Source: Craspedostauros australis (taxonomy: Eukaryota). Taken from it: a DNA stretch of 35,783 nucleotides. Location: the NCBI GenBank assembly GCA_030167865.1, contig JALAGF010000714.1, positions 62,001 through 97,783 on the forward strand, read 5' to 3'. Made by a program: the position numbers and the translations under genes. Numbering within the stretch: position 1 is the stretch's first letter; every line of letters starts with the position of its first letter. Positions 1-11,021 of this stretch are shown piece after piece. Under the pieces are notes generated by a model that made no database searches, was not told the origin of the DNA, and was given only the letters and a program-made list of their open reading frames with translations.

Positions 1-1457
1 GTTCCGTGCTTTGAAAATTTGCGTGGGATTCATAGGCAAGATTGCTGTTTGTCCAACGGCTCTTGTCAAAAAATGTGAGCAAACCCACCAGAGACATAAC
101 GTTGGGTATCTATTTTCGTCCACCGTCTTCATAACATCACGCCAATACAGTTGCAGAACCGTTACATGTCCAGCAGGTCCGCCCAAATCTCGTCACAACA
201 ACCCAACCATGATTCGACTCGGAGGCAGGCGGGTCACGAGGTCGTGATGGCTTCGTGGCTTCGTCGGTGTTATCGGAAGATGTCCAAGAGGCAAAGACGG
301 AGACAGATCCGTCTTCGACGCTCTGTCATGCCAGCAAGGCCGTCGGAGGCCCCGGTGGCCACAATTGTGGTCACACGGAGAGCGGCTCCCTCCGCCGATT
401 CATCGTGCTTCTGGCATTCGAACGTTGCTGGTGTTTCCATAAACCGCAACGACCATGGGATGCAACCCATCGTTGTCTGATCACAAATCAAGCGATCGCA
501 TTCTCATCAAGGAGGTGCGCAAGGTGTGGCACGGTGTGGTTTGATGCGGTGTGAGAAAGTGCGATGGAAATGACAGCACATGGCATCGGTGGGCAGCCGT
601 CTTGTGGGTCATCGTGATGGCTACCACGGCAGGTAAGTGCGGCATCCCGTACCTGCCAAAACTGGTCGAAGACAGCATGGCTGGTGATATATACAGCCCT
701 TGCGTACCTTCGCACACACAAGCAGCCGAGCAACCAAGCTCCAAAGCGACGGCCGCCCGTCCAACGAGCTCAAAATTCGCGACACCAATGCAATCCGCTT
801 CAGCGAGACATGGCGCAATGGCGACAGAGGCAACTCCTGCATGCCCGCACAATTGTGTTTCCAGCGACTCCTGTTGCACTCTCTACTCCGCAGTCGCAAA
901 TGGAATGATCATTTGTCATTGAGGAATACAGAGTGCAAGAGGAGTTGCTCGATGCTCAGCTGCTCGGGCATTGGACGTTCGCTGGGCGGTTGACATCACA
1001 TCGCTCTGAACGACACCTGTGTAGAGTGGGGAGTATGATGGTACGGTTATATGGTGATATGGTGATGCTGAGGCCATGTTCCACGAAGCTGATTGGTGCT
1101 TCGCGTTTCTATTTTTACTCTGCTCTACTCTGCTGATACTCTGCGCGTTTGCGGCGTTCTACTTCGGGTTCGATTCTGATCCTGTTCCATGTGATTCCAC
1201 TGTTGTCTACCACGCGATTCCGTATTCGCTTGGTGGGCGTTTGAATGCAACTGCTCAACCCTGCCTACTTTGCATACAATACTGCACTCACAGAGACCCT
1301 CTTCCGAAGCACATCCTTTGCCGGCATTCTCTTTTTCTCAACCACCATGGCGTACTTGCGCAGCAATGAAGTATCAATTCTCGTACTCCATGCTTGTTCA
1401 TTATAGTAGTTCCTCTCTACGCGCTTACCGCTCCCGTATAGTACATCACGAACAAAT

Positions 1458-3353
1458 CTATTGCAGAGACTTTGCTCCCATCTTCTTCCACACACCTCTC
1501 TCTGCATCCGTTTCCACGAGCTTCGTCACCAACGATGTGACTTCGTCGACCTTGTCCAAAGTGAGCCCACTTGGGTCGGACAAGATGGGCAACCAATGAT
1601 GTTGAACGTGCGGTTTCCATGCCAACAGATCCTGATAGACATCCTGAGCCGTGGTGTGCGATGTCGGTGACAGCTCAACAAGGTGGCTTGGAATCGCCGC
1701 CGCCACGTCTGAGGCCGATTCCTCTTCTGCACCATCTTCTTCGTGCATCCAAATCAATTGCGACATCTCGACACCATGATCCACGATCATCACGTGTGCT
1801 TCGCGGATGAGCTCCAGTTGTTCTCGGAAGGATAGAGGATTCGCGTCCACAACTTGGACGGAGGAGAGGAAGGATCCACGATGCATCATTAGTTCACCAC
1901 GCAGCGCTTCCCATGGATCATCAGATGACTTTGCTGGATGACGCAAGATCACGACTCTGCCCAGTAGCTGTTTCGTATTCTGCAGCTTGTACCGTTGCAA
2001 CGCGAAGTTCACGAATTCTTGCATTTGGCCCGGTTGCGGACAGTAGGGTTGCAGAGAATGGTGGACGTTGGCAGCGATCGGATTGGAATAGCTCGGCGGG
2101 ACGAAGTAGGCATGCTCGAAGGAAGTCACCTGTCTCAGCTGATTCCGCCAAAAGATAATGTTGGCAGCGCCAAATAGATCCTTCCACACTTGATCGTACA
2201 TCGTCTTTCTGCCATGCTTGTCGAGGAAGATAATTCTGTACTTCTGGTTGGCAGCAGCAGGATCTTCCAATCCAACTTGTTGCATCATCTGGTAGACATT
2301 CCACCAATCTAGCTGGGCGTGGTAAAGGTTGTTGGGATCATACCGATGAACGAACAGTGTGATACCGGGCATGGTACGCTCGCTGGAGACATTGGATGTG
2401 GTTTTCATGCTGTCCAGCACGGAGTTCATGTAGTAGTGGTGGCTTCGCTTGTTCTTGGGTTGGATGGATGGATCCAATGGCTCTGGGACGGTCCAAACAC
2501 CTTCCAGGTAGATGATGCGTTGCGTCCCGTCCGAGGTCTTGCCTCGCAATGCTTCGGGTTTGTGCATCTTCACGAGATCAGGATGGAACTGCAGGCCCTG
2601 GAAGTGACAATTGGGAAACGATGGCGAGGGCATGCTGTCTGCATCGAGAACGATGGCGCATCCGTGATCAGGGAATACGAGGGATGGATCGTGCGCTGCG
2701 GCCTTCGCATCTCTGCTGCCGTTATCATTCTCGTCTTCCTTGTCATCTTTGCTGTGGCGAGCTTTCGCAGGAAGCTTGGTCCACTGCTGCCGTTCAATGC
2801 AACTGGCGTAGCCATCGCTTGCCATGACTCTGTGCTGCAGATACTTCGGCGCAACCTGAAACGAAGGTTGCCTCATGACTTCGTCCAGATGCCCCTTGCG
2901 CTCCATCATCTCGCGTTGATTGAAGTGCTTGCTCTTGTAGATGCCTTGCGCATGCTCTGATCCGCCCGCGTTCTGAAACTGCAATTGCGACGAATGGAGT
3001 CGCTGCTGATGGTGGCTCATGCCGGCGCTACTGCTGGACGAGGATGATTGTGTGTAGTCCAGTACGATGATTGTGGTCGTGATGATCATGTACACCGCTA
3101 CGCTGAGGTAAACGAAGGATTTGAGCGGGGATCGGCGTGGATGAAGCGGCATGTGCTGATCATCTTCGCGACACGACGGCAGCAATGACGTGCAGCAATC
3201 GTGGCATGCGTTGCTATCATTGCTCATTCTTGGATCGTGCTGTCCGGAGCCAAGTCCAAATCCATTTGTGTATCGATCCTGACGCAAAGGAACGCGGCGT
3301 CCTATGAGCGCCGCTCCTTCGTCGTCTTGTATATGGTGCGGAACTGTCAGCAT
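1458..3353 (-). CDS. Glycosyltransferase family 61-like (EOGT/POMGNT2/xylosyltransferase-type) type II membrane protein
   Basis: 631-aa single ORF. N-terminal TM helix (FVYLSVAVYMIITTTIIVL) and a stem region. GT61-like motifs RYDPNNLYHAQLDWWNVY and LSFREQLELIREAHVMIVDHGVEMSQLIWM (family consensus approx. F.EQ...F..A.V.VG.HGAGLTN..F). Exact start ATG uncertain. Confidence 0.8.
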   Translation of the reverse strand: MLTVPHHIQDDEGAALIGRRVPLRQDRYTNGFGLGSGQHDPRMSNDSNACHDCCTSLLPSCREDDQHMPLHPRRSPLKSFVYLSVAVYMIITTTIIVLDYTQSSSSSSSAGMSHHQQRLHSSQLQFQNAGGSEHAQGIYKSKHFNQREMMERKGHLDEVMRQPSFQVAPKYLQHRVMASDGYASCIERQQWTKLPAKARHSKDDKEDENDNGSRDAKAAAHDPSLVFPDHGCAIVLDADSMPSPSFPNCHFQGLQFHPDLVKMHKPEALRGKTSDGTQRIIYLEGVWTVPEPLDPSIQPKNKRSHHYYMNSVLDSMKTTSNVSSERTMPGITLFVHRYDPNNLYHAQLDWWNVYQMMQQVGLEDPAAANQKYRIIFLDKHGRKTMYDQVWKDLFGAANIIFWRNQLRQVTSFEHAYFVPPSYSNPIAANVHHSLQPYCPQPGQMQEFVNFALQRYKLQNTKQLLGRVVILRHPAKSSDDPWEALRGELMMHRGSFLSSVQVVDANPLSFREQLELIREAHVMIVDHGVEMSQLIWMHEEDGAEEESASDVAAAIPSHLVELSPTSHTTAQDVYQDLLAWKPHVQHHWLPILSDPSGLTLDKVDEVTSLVTKLVETDAERGVWKKMGAKSLQ

Positions 3354-4520
3354 GATGGTTTACACCATGAACGCGATGCGCTGCGATCCGATGCGATGGC
3401 GTCAAAAGCAGCAGAAGATCCAGAGTAAGACAGTATGGTCGTTGGGTTCTCTCACGATGTTGGCTGAGATGTGATGTGATGAGATGTTGTGATTGAAGCA
3501 AAAGACTGTTGTTTCACGAGAGCTGCGAGACGAGAACGGTGGGATTACCGATGCATGTACATGGAGTAGATGAGATAAGTGTGGGAGAGCAAGAAGGATA
3601 CTCATCATCGAATGGATAGCACCAGCAGCAGCGGCAGCAGCAGCGGTGAGGTTACGCCCATGGATCGCCATCTCGTCACGATGCAAACAACTCACTTCTT
3701 CGTCTTGCGTTTGTTGTTGATTTTTCACAAATCGAGGTGCACCATGTAGGTGCGCCTTGGTATTTCTTGTTTAGATGGATCGTGTCACAACATGGCGCAC
3801 TTTGTTGCACATGCAAGTCATGTGCCTCTCTTCCTCATCAATCATGCCTCCAAATGCCCTCCTGTTGTGCTCGATCTCTGGTCTCTCTTTCTCTTTGGAG
3901 AGACTGAGGGGAACCGGCATCGTTTGCTCTCCAATCCATTGCAATCAACATTCCACGATTAGTGGCGGCCGTGCACCATGAGACCTTGTTGGACGAGTCC
4001 ATATTGCGCAACAAGGAGACTTGTGAGGATCGGAGTGTTTCGCTAATGGCGCTTTGGATCATGTATTCTATGGTACATCGCCATAGCGCTCCAGGAAGAA
4101 GACTCTGATGGTGCACCGCCACTCGAAGTGAGGGTTGAACAGCGAAGAGAGCCGCACACGAGCATTTTGTGAGCAGCGAGTTTCCGAAACGTGTTTGTCG
4201 CCACGATCCAAGAGTGACATCGTAGCGTGGGTTTCGAGACCAGAGCGAGAGATCGCTCACCAAAAGCAGGCACCGAGACAAGGCAAAGCGAGACAGTCTG
4301 CGTCAGACACTCCACCTCTTCCCAACTCAAGGCCAAAGACAAGGCAAGATGCCTCGCATGAAGCTTGCATGAATTACAGACAAGAATAGTGCTGAGAAAT
4401 GAATGTTCGTATTGTTCTGCTCCACCATGCTTGCACTTGGCCCAAGGGAACCAGGCTGCTCGATTCCAAATGCGCGCAGTACAACTCTGAATTCATCTTC
4501 GATACACATAGCCTGCGGCA

Positions 4521-5948
4521 TCAACGTTGTCTTTTGCGAGATCTTGTCATTTTCTCGACATAGGACCTTGGTAGGACCTCGCAAGCCATGTCCACTGACG
4601 TCTTTCCGTCGTCGTTGGTCACAGTATAATCGATATTCAATTCGCGGTTTTGCAACAAGAGCTCGACCACATCCTTTCGCTTATACTCGCTTGCGGCATG
4701 CATTGGCGTGTTCCCACAGTCGTCTTGGGCATTGGCATCAATGCGATCCCCAAAGGATTCCATCAACAACTTCACCACCTCGGTGTGTCCGTATGCACAC
4801 GCTTCATAGAATGGCGTTTGGTCCATCGAGTTTTTCTTGTTGACGTTTGGGTTTGCACCGGGCGACTTGATCATGAGCTCCACCAGAGAAGCATTGCCGC
4901 TGACGCAAACGAGATGAAACGGCGTATTGCCATTTTCGTCTCTTGTGTTGCAAATCCTCTTGCGCACATCGCCTTCCACCAAGGCTTGCACCACGGAGGA
5001 GCGGTGATACTCGCAAGCGACATGGATTGCCGGCTTGCTCATCCAGTCTTGCTTGTACTGATTGACATTGCCTCCGTCTGGGTGGCACAAGAATTTGATC
5101 AAGTCAATATGCTTCTCGTCACATGCAATGTGCAGGGGTGTCCGGCTCTGCTCGTCTTGCTGATTGATACTTACCTTCACTTGAGGCGATTCTAGCAAGT
5201 ACTTCACAACCTCCTTTTTGCCACTCTGGCAAGCGAAATGAAACACGGTCCAACCGTCTTCCTCTGTTTCGGATGGGTCTACGTTCACCAACTTCGAATC
5301 TATGAGATATGCCACCAAGTCTTTGCTGCCGCTCTGGCAGGCGCAATGCAGGCAATTCCAACCCTCGACGGGCGTTCTCTCGTTGGGTTCCACGAGCGGC
5401 GGTTTCGATGTGATGAGATACTTGACCAGGTCTTTGCTACCGCTATTGCACGCCACATGCAATATCCCCCAATCGTTGTTGTCCAATGCAGCCTTGTCCA
5501 CTTGCGCTTGCTTGGATTCAATCAGATATTTGACGACGCCAGTTTGTCCCTTTCGACATGCTGTCAACAGCGGCGTTTCCCCAATATCATTCTTGGTATT
5601 GATGTCGATTTCCTCGCGGTGTGACTCCACGAAATACTTGACAACCGAGACTGAACCACTTTCAGCAGCAACGTGAAACGCCGTCTGGTCCGTGTCGCGT
5701 CCCTTGGTATTCATGAGACCCTTCGATGTGTCTGATTTGATCATCGATCGGATCGTTCCGAGGTCGCCTCTTCGACAAGCATCGTGAAAGTCTTCGACGC
5801 GGTCGGTCATACCTGAGGTCGGTTGCATGGATGCAAGTGGAATAGGAATTGGGTGTTGTGGTGATTGTGTTAGCTCGTGGCAACATTGAATCATCCATGC
5901 GTCTTGTCTGTCAGAATCAGCAAGTCGCCCAACCGATCGCTCACTCAT
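4521..5948 (-). CDS. Ankyrin repeat protein (about 11-12 repeats)
   Basis: Recurrent motifs such as DQTAFHVAA, GETPLLTAC, GWNCLHCAC, SRTPLHIAC, GNTPFHLVC and GNTPMHAAS. Possible 132-bp intron 5944..5813 (ATG A|GTGAGC...GCTAAC...CTCAG|GT ATG). Otherwise the start is ATG 5810 or 5948. Confidence 0.93.
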   Translation of the reverse strand: MSERSVGRLADSDRQDAWMIQCCHELTQSPQHPIPIPLASMQPTSGMTDRVEDFHDACRRGDLGTIRSMIKSDTSKGLMNTKGRDTDQTAFHVAAESGSVSVVKYFVESHREEIDINTKNDIGETPLLTACRKGQTGVVKYLIESKQAQVDKAALDNNDWGILHVACNSGSKDLVKYLITSKPPLVEPNERTPVEGWNCLHCACQSGSKDLVAYLIDSKLVNVDPSETEEDGWTVFHFACQSGKKEVVKYLLESPQVKVSINQQDEQSRTPLHIACDEKHIDLIKFLCHPDGGNVNQYKQDWMSKPAIHVACEYHRSSVVQALVEGDVRKRICNTRDENGNTPFHLVCVSGNASLVELMIKSPGANPNVNKKNSMDQTPFYEACAYGHTEVVKLLMESFGDRIDANAQDDCGNTPMHAASEYKRKDVVELLLQNRELNIDYTVTNDDGKTSVDMACEVLPRSYVEKMTRSRKRQR

Positions 5949-6864
5949 TCAACAGAGAGAGAGAGAGACACGCACGCAGATGATGCTTCGAGAACTGGTA
6001 GCTTGTTCACACGTACTGTGATGGTCTTCAGGGGGCTGCGGAAGCGGCACGTAGGTACGGGTGAAAGCGAGTGTATGGTGCGATTATTAGTATGTAGCTC
6101 GTGGATCCCGTTGCAACTCTGGGCGTGCGAGAGGTGATGCAGTGGCTGGCAAAAATGATGTGGGCTGAGACCCTGTTGTTCTGTGTGCAGCTGGGAGTGC
6201 GTTGATGCTCTGTTGGTGCGGGTAGGTGTGGTGAGTGTGGTGAGTGTGGTGAATGTGGTGGAACGACGCATCCTCATGGCATTGTTGCCTCCGTCATGTT
6301 CGCTTCTGCTTCGGTTTGGGATTGCGTTCGATTGCGTTGCTTTCTGTGATGTGACACGGTGTCAGCTTCTGAGAATCCGTCGCAATATCCCGCGCAACGC
6401 CATCTACAGTTATTTTGACGTTAATTTCGCCCTCTCTTTCTGCTCTCTTGGTGACGGGAATCGTCCAATCCCGTGTCTTGTTCCAACAAATTCGGACAAG
6501 TCGAGCCTCGATGAGCACGTAGCGAACGCATGGCAGACGAGAACACGTCAAGGCGCCAAATTCCCACACCAACAAACACATCACGTTTCTCACTCCGACA
6601 GGCGCCAAAACACAGCGAACAGGGAACACCAACCATGCACGCTTGTTCCGTTTCGAGTTGCGATCAACGAACGAGGGAAGGAAGATGCAATCCCAAAGAC
6701 ACAGCACCGCGCAAGCAAGAGGCCCATGTCCTTCAAACCAGAGCGTCAGCCTGGACAATCACAAGCATTCGACTACGTTCACTTCCACATATCACACACA
6801 TCATACTCGTGTGTGAGAATCAAGATCAGCGGTCGTTCACAAGGAGTCCCATCCAAGAATGTGA

Positions 6865-7612
6865 GAGAGTCTTGGTGAGGACTGGTGTGACGAGAATGCA
6901 GCCACTGTCTATCCTGGCATCAACATCAGCATCAGCATCACCCAAAACCGACTCGACGCTCTTCATACCGACACCACGACGGACATCACGTTCCTGTGCG
7001 GCCGAGGTGACGAACAGCCACCCATCAAGGCAAACAGCGGTGTCTTGTTGGTCACTGTTCCATCCATCAAGTCGCTCATCGATTCTGGAATCCACTATCA
7101 ACTTCCAACCGAGGTGCCGCCATCCGTTTCCGCCAGAGTGACCATCCCGCTCTTCGAGTTTTGATGCCAAACACGTCCGATACATCATTCAATTCATCTA
7201 TTCAGGTGAAGCATCGTTCAACAATCACACTGGTGACAATGGCAGTCCTGGCATGACCACACAAGATGATCTGCAACAAGTGATCCTTGTGGCCGACAAG
7301 TTCGGTTTTTGGAGACTCAAGCTGGTTGTCGAGGCTGAGCTGATCCGCAGGCACCTGGTAGAGGATACCATGGTTGATCTGCTATTATTCGCCGATCGAA
7401 GCAATTGCATGATGCTACGAGATGCGGCAATGAACATGGCATCTGCAAATGGGAACGCATCCTTTCCGCTCTTGGCAATGTCAACGAAAACAGCTTTGCA
7501 TCAACCACGTGGCAGTCGCATCAACAGAAGAACAATGGATTGTTGCTCAAGTACAATCATGAATAGAAACACGGAGGGCTGCTTTATTAATTGCTATCCA
7601 GAATATATCTAG
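6865..7612 (+). pseudogene. Frameshifted BTB/POZ + BACK-like (SPOP-type) domain gene remnant
   Basis: Frame 1 reads TDITFLCGRGDEQPPIKANSGVLLVTVPSIKSLI...VTIPLFEF* (stop at 7162). Frame 2 continues DAKHVRYIIQFIYSGE...LQQVILVADKFGFWRLKLVVEAELIRRHLVEDTMVDLLLFADRSNCMMLRDAAM. Removing one T from the run at 7159-7162 joins the two frames. There is also an upstream in-frame TGA at 6862. Confidence 0.75.
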
Positions 7613-7647
7613 AGTGCTTGAACGATCCAGCACAGTTGTGATTGGAG

Positions 7648-10041
7648 CTACGCTGCTTTGCGATTATTGATTCCGATGCCTTGGTTCAAATTGATCCGCT
7701 TTTTTGCATCACGCAACAACGCAACGATGTCGCGCAACTTCTTCTTCTTGGCAATACCCAGCGCAGTTTCGCCATCGTTATTCTTGATTTTCAAATCAAA
7801 TGCCATGCCGGCGCTGGTGAGCAAGGCCTCTACCACTTCCTTGCAAGCATTCCTACTCGCCACATGCAATGCCGTATCGCCATCTTGATTCTGAATCTTC
7901 GCATTCGCTCCTCCATCTGCTGCAATCAGCGACTCTGCCAGTTTTGGAAACCCTTGCCTGGCTGCGTGATGCAATGGTGTGTCGCCGCTCCTGTTCTGAA
8001 TGTCTGCCAGTGGTTGTGCTGATGTGAGTAAGCGGTCCATGGCATCCCCTCTTTCGATTGTGCAGCCTTCATCTAAGTTGCGGTTCGAAATGACTTCTTT
8101 TCGGATGAGGTCATAGAGTTTCGTGAGCTTCATCTCTTGATCGACGGCAAACACTCTGTGATCGTTCCTTGAGCAGTGGGCTGGGGTGTCACCTGTGTTG
8201 TTTTGAATGCTGAGATCAAACCAATCTTCGTGAACTCCATTGAAGTACTCATCCTGGAAGCGATCTGATGTCCCATTTTGGTATGCAAGACGAAGGGCTG
8301 TGTTGCCATCATTATTCTGCGCATTGGCATCCACTTTCGGTTTCTTCAATCCAAGCAGCCTGTCGAGCATGTGAGTTTTTCTGTTCATGTACGCGAGGTG
8401 GAGCGGTGTATTGCCATCTTTGTTTTGGATGGTGCCATCGATGTCACAAGAACCAAAGTAATCCCACCAATCGGAATGATCGATCCAACTGGATCCCGCC
8501 AATAGGTGAAGTGCCGTGTTGCCATCGTTGTTTTGGAGTGTCAAGTCGAAATTCGGATCTCCATTCTTCCTGATGAGCCAAAGAAACAAAATGAAATCCC
8601 TCATTATCGCAAGATGAAGAGGCGTGTTGCCATCGTCATTTTGCAAGTTCGCGCTGATGTTGTTTTCATCTATCTCAAGCAGATACCCCAATAAGTCTGC
8701 AACAATTTTGGTGTCTACAGCAATATGGAGTGGTGTGTTCCCTGTGCTGTCTCTTGTGTGGAGACCGACGTCCATCTCATTCCATTCAATGAAGTACCTC
8801 ACGATGGCAGCTTCCCCGGATTCGCAGGCGGAGTGGAATGGCGTGTGGCCTTTTGCATCATGGATGTCGAAATCAATGTCGATTTGATTTGATTCCATGA
8901 GAAACCGGACCAGATCTTCTGTATCGTATCCGTACCTGCACGCCCAGTGAAAAGGTGTCTCACCGGCCTTGTTCTGGATGCTGAACGCGTTGTTGACTTG
9001 CCCCAATGCGAGTCCCACCAACGCCTTCATCAGACCTGTAGATCCTCTGTCGCATGCAGAGTGGATTGGTGTATTCCCTTCATTGTCTTGTGCGCTGAGA
9101 TCGATGGAAGCGAGGCCCACTTGGGCGAGATGTAGAGCCACGTCTTGACTATCATTCATGCATGCGCAATGGAACGGTGTCTGACCGGACGCGTTCGTCA
9201 TTTGTAGATCGATCTTCGCTTTGTCCGAGTTCATGACGAGCTCAATCACCTCTCTTGATGCACTCTCGCAGGCCAGGTGGAATGGTGTGTCGCCATCGTT
9301 GTCCGCGATGGTGAGGTCAATGTATGCTTGATCTGTTCGAAGCAGAAGCCCCAAAAACCGTCCACGCATAAATTGAGACATGCGATGGGCCGGTGTTCTG
9401 CCGTATTTGTCTTGGATGTTGATATCAAGGCTGGATTGACAAGTATTGACGAGATACTCTATGCATTCGCTGGGGTATCCGCATGCACGTTGGAGTGCCG
9501 TGCAGCCATTGGAGTCCGTTGCGTTGCAAACAGTGTTCGTTCGGTCGGCCTCCATTAGGTACTTCAGCAAGCAAAGATCCCTGTTGACGGACACGATGTG
9601 AATTGGCATAGCACCAGAACGGTCACGAATGGACTGATCGACGTGAAGCTCCTCCGTTTTGCAGAGGTACTCGACCACGTCGGGAGAACGGTGGGTGCAT
9701 GCAAGATGCAATGGCGTGCACAGGTCTCTGGTTTGCGCATTTGCATCAACATCGACTTGCGTCGATTCGACCAAGTACTTCACAACGTGTATGTTTCCTC
9801 CACGACAAGCGTGATGAAACAGCGTGAAGCCGTTGGAGTCGGTTAATGTGCTGCTGATACGCGAGTGACTTGCTTCAATCAGACTCTTGACCTTGCGAAA
9901 ATCCCCATCAAGACAAGCTTGCATCAACGGCGTTCTCCCTTGACCATCACATTGGAAGTCATCGATGGCGCGGTCCGATTGGTCCGTCTCAGGGTCTACC
10001 TTGTCGCAGGCGATGTGCGGAGCTTGGGACAGATCTGACAT
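7648..10041 (-). CDS. Large ankyrin repeat protein (about 18-20 repeats)
   Basis: 797-aa ORF composed almost entirely of ankyrin units (GRTPLMQAC, GDTPFHLAC, QNNDGNTALHL, GDTPLHHAA, GETALGIA). Probable upstream intron 10232..10044 (CAA|GTGAGT...GGCTAAC...GCAG|GA ATG). Confidence 0.93.
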   Translation of the reverse strand: MSDLSQAPHIACDKVDPETDQSDRAIDDFQCDGQGRTPLMQACLDGDFRKVKSLIEASHSRISSTLTDSNGFTLFHHACRGGNIHVVKYLVESTQVDVDANAQTRDLCTPLHLACTHRSPDVVEYLCKTEELHVDQSIRDRSGAMPIHIVSVNRDLCLLKYLMEADRTNTVCNATDSNGCTALQRACGYPSECIEYLVNTCQSSLDINIQDKYGRTPAHRMSQFMRGRFLGLLLRTDQAYIDLTIADNDGDTPFHLACESASREVIELVMNSDKAKIDLQMTNASGQTPFHCACMNDSQDVALHLAQVGLASIDLSAQDNEGNTPIHSACDRGSTGLMKALVGLALGQVNNAFSIQNKAGETPFHWACRYGYDTEDLVRFLMESNQIDIDFDIHDAKGHTPFHSACESGEAAIVRYFIEWNEMDVGLHTRDSTGNTPLHIAVDTKIVADLLGYLLEIDENNISANLQNDDGNTPLHLAIMRDFILFLWLIRKNGDPNFDLTLQNNDGNTALHLLAGSSWIDHSDWWDYFGSCDIDGTIQNKDGNTPLHLAYMNRKTHMLDRLLGLKKPKVDANAQNNDGNTALRLAYQNGTSDRFQDEYFNGVHEDWFDLSIQNNTGDTPAHCSRNDHRVFAVDQEMKLTKLYDLIRKEVISNRNLDEGCTIERGDAMDRLLTSAQPLADIQNRSGDTPLHHAARQGFPKLAESLIAADGGANAKIQNQDGDTALHVASRNACKEVVEALLTSAGMAFDLKIKNNDGETALGIAKKKKLRDIVALLRDAKKRINLNQGIGINNRKAA

Positions 10042-10999
10042 TCCTGCGCAACGTCATGCAACGCAGTTTGTTCGTGTTGATGAATGGAAATGGACGAGAT
10101 GAAGAGGATGAGGCAGCAGTGTTAGCCTTTACGTGGCGATGAACCATCCACAGCTCTTTTCATCGGAACCATGGGAGCATTCACCAAACCAACCAATCAA
10201 CTGGGCAAGAGTGGACGAGAACCATCACTCACTTGTGTATCGTGTGGGGGGTAATGGCAATGTGCCCACAGGGATCAGAAATGTCCGCGATGCGCGGAGA
10301 GGACGGGGGAGGCCGGAAGGGAGGGCTGGATTCGCTTGCTTGATCCTGCTGGTGGGATGAGAGGAAACCGCCGAAGTGGAGGACGTCGTGCCTCAGCTCG
10401 TGTGTTCCTCGTCACCAGTCTGTCTTCGTGTTGCCTTCTGTGTCTTGTGCGCGATCGATCTTGCAGACTACGTGTGCAGTGGAAATTCTATGGCTTGGCC
10501 GCTCCTACAGTTGCTGCTGCCGGTGCTGCTGGTGGTGCTTCTATTGATGGTGCGGGTTATTTTATGTTATATTATGTTGGTGCCATGATGGTGTGAGCAC
10601 CTGCACGTGTAGGCATGGAATCGCACACACTCATCTCTTCCTCTCTTGTGGAGGACATCATCGAAATGGCAAGAACAATTGGAGGAGTGAGACGTGGATC
10701 TGTTTGTTGGTCTTGTTTGTGCGGGTTTGGGAATCCCGCGAACATTTTTGGTGTTGTTGTGTGTCGTGCGAAAGCCTCCGCTCCCATGATTTCTGTGATC
10801 TTCGACAATCTGACAGCATCAAAGCTGCTTGGACACGAGGATGTTTGCATCGACAGTAGCCTCCATCGTGCCCGAGTTTGATGGACATGACATGTCTTCG
10901 AACAACGAACAACACCAATGACCAAAGAAACAGAACAACAAGGAACAGAACGGCCACCACAAAAGAACGAGAAAGAAACGTCAAGAGCAAGATGTTCCC

Positions 11000-11021
11000 A
11001 ACAACAACAACAACAACAACA
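11000..11021. repeat. (ACA)n microsatellite
   Basis: About 7 tandem ACA units in intergenic DNA. Confidence 0.85.

Noticed and set aside
1..1450. Multiple short overlapping ORFs and a strong CAG|GTAAGT donor near 632
   Set aside because: No recognisable domain, codon bias or consistent exon chain. It could be non-coding transcript or degenerate sequence.
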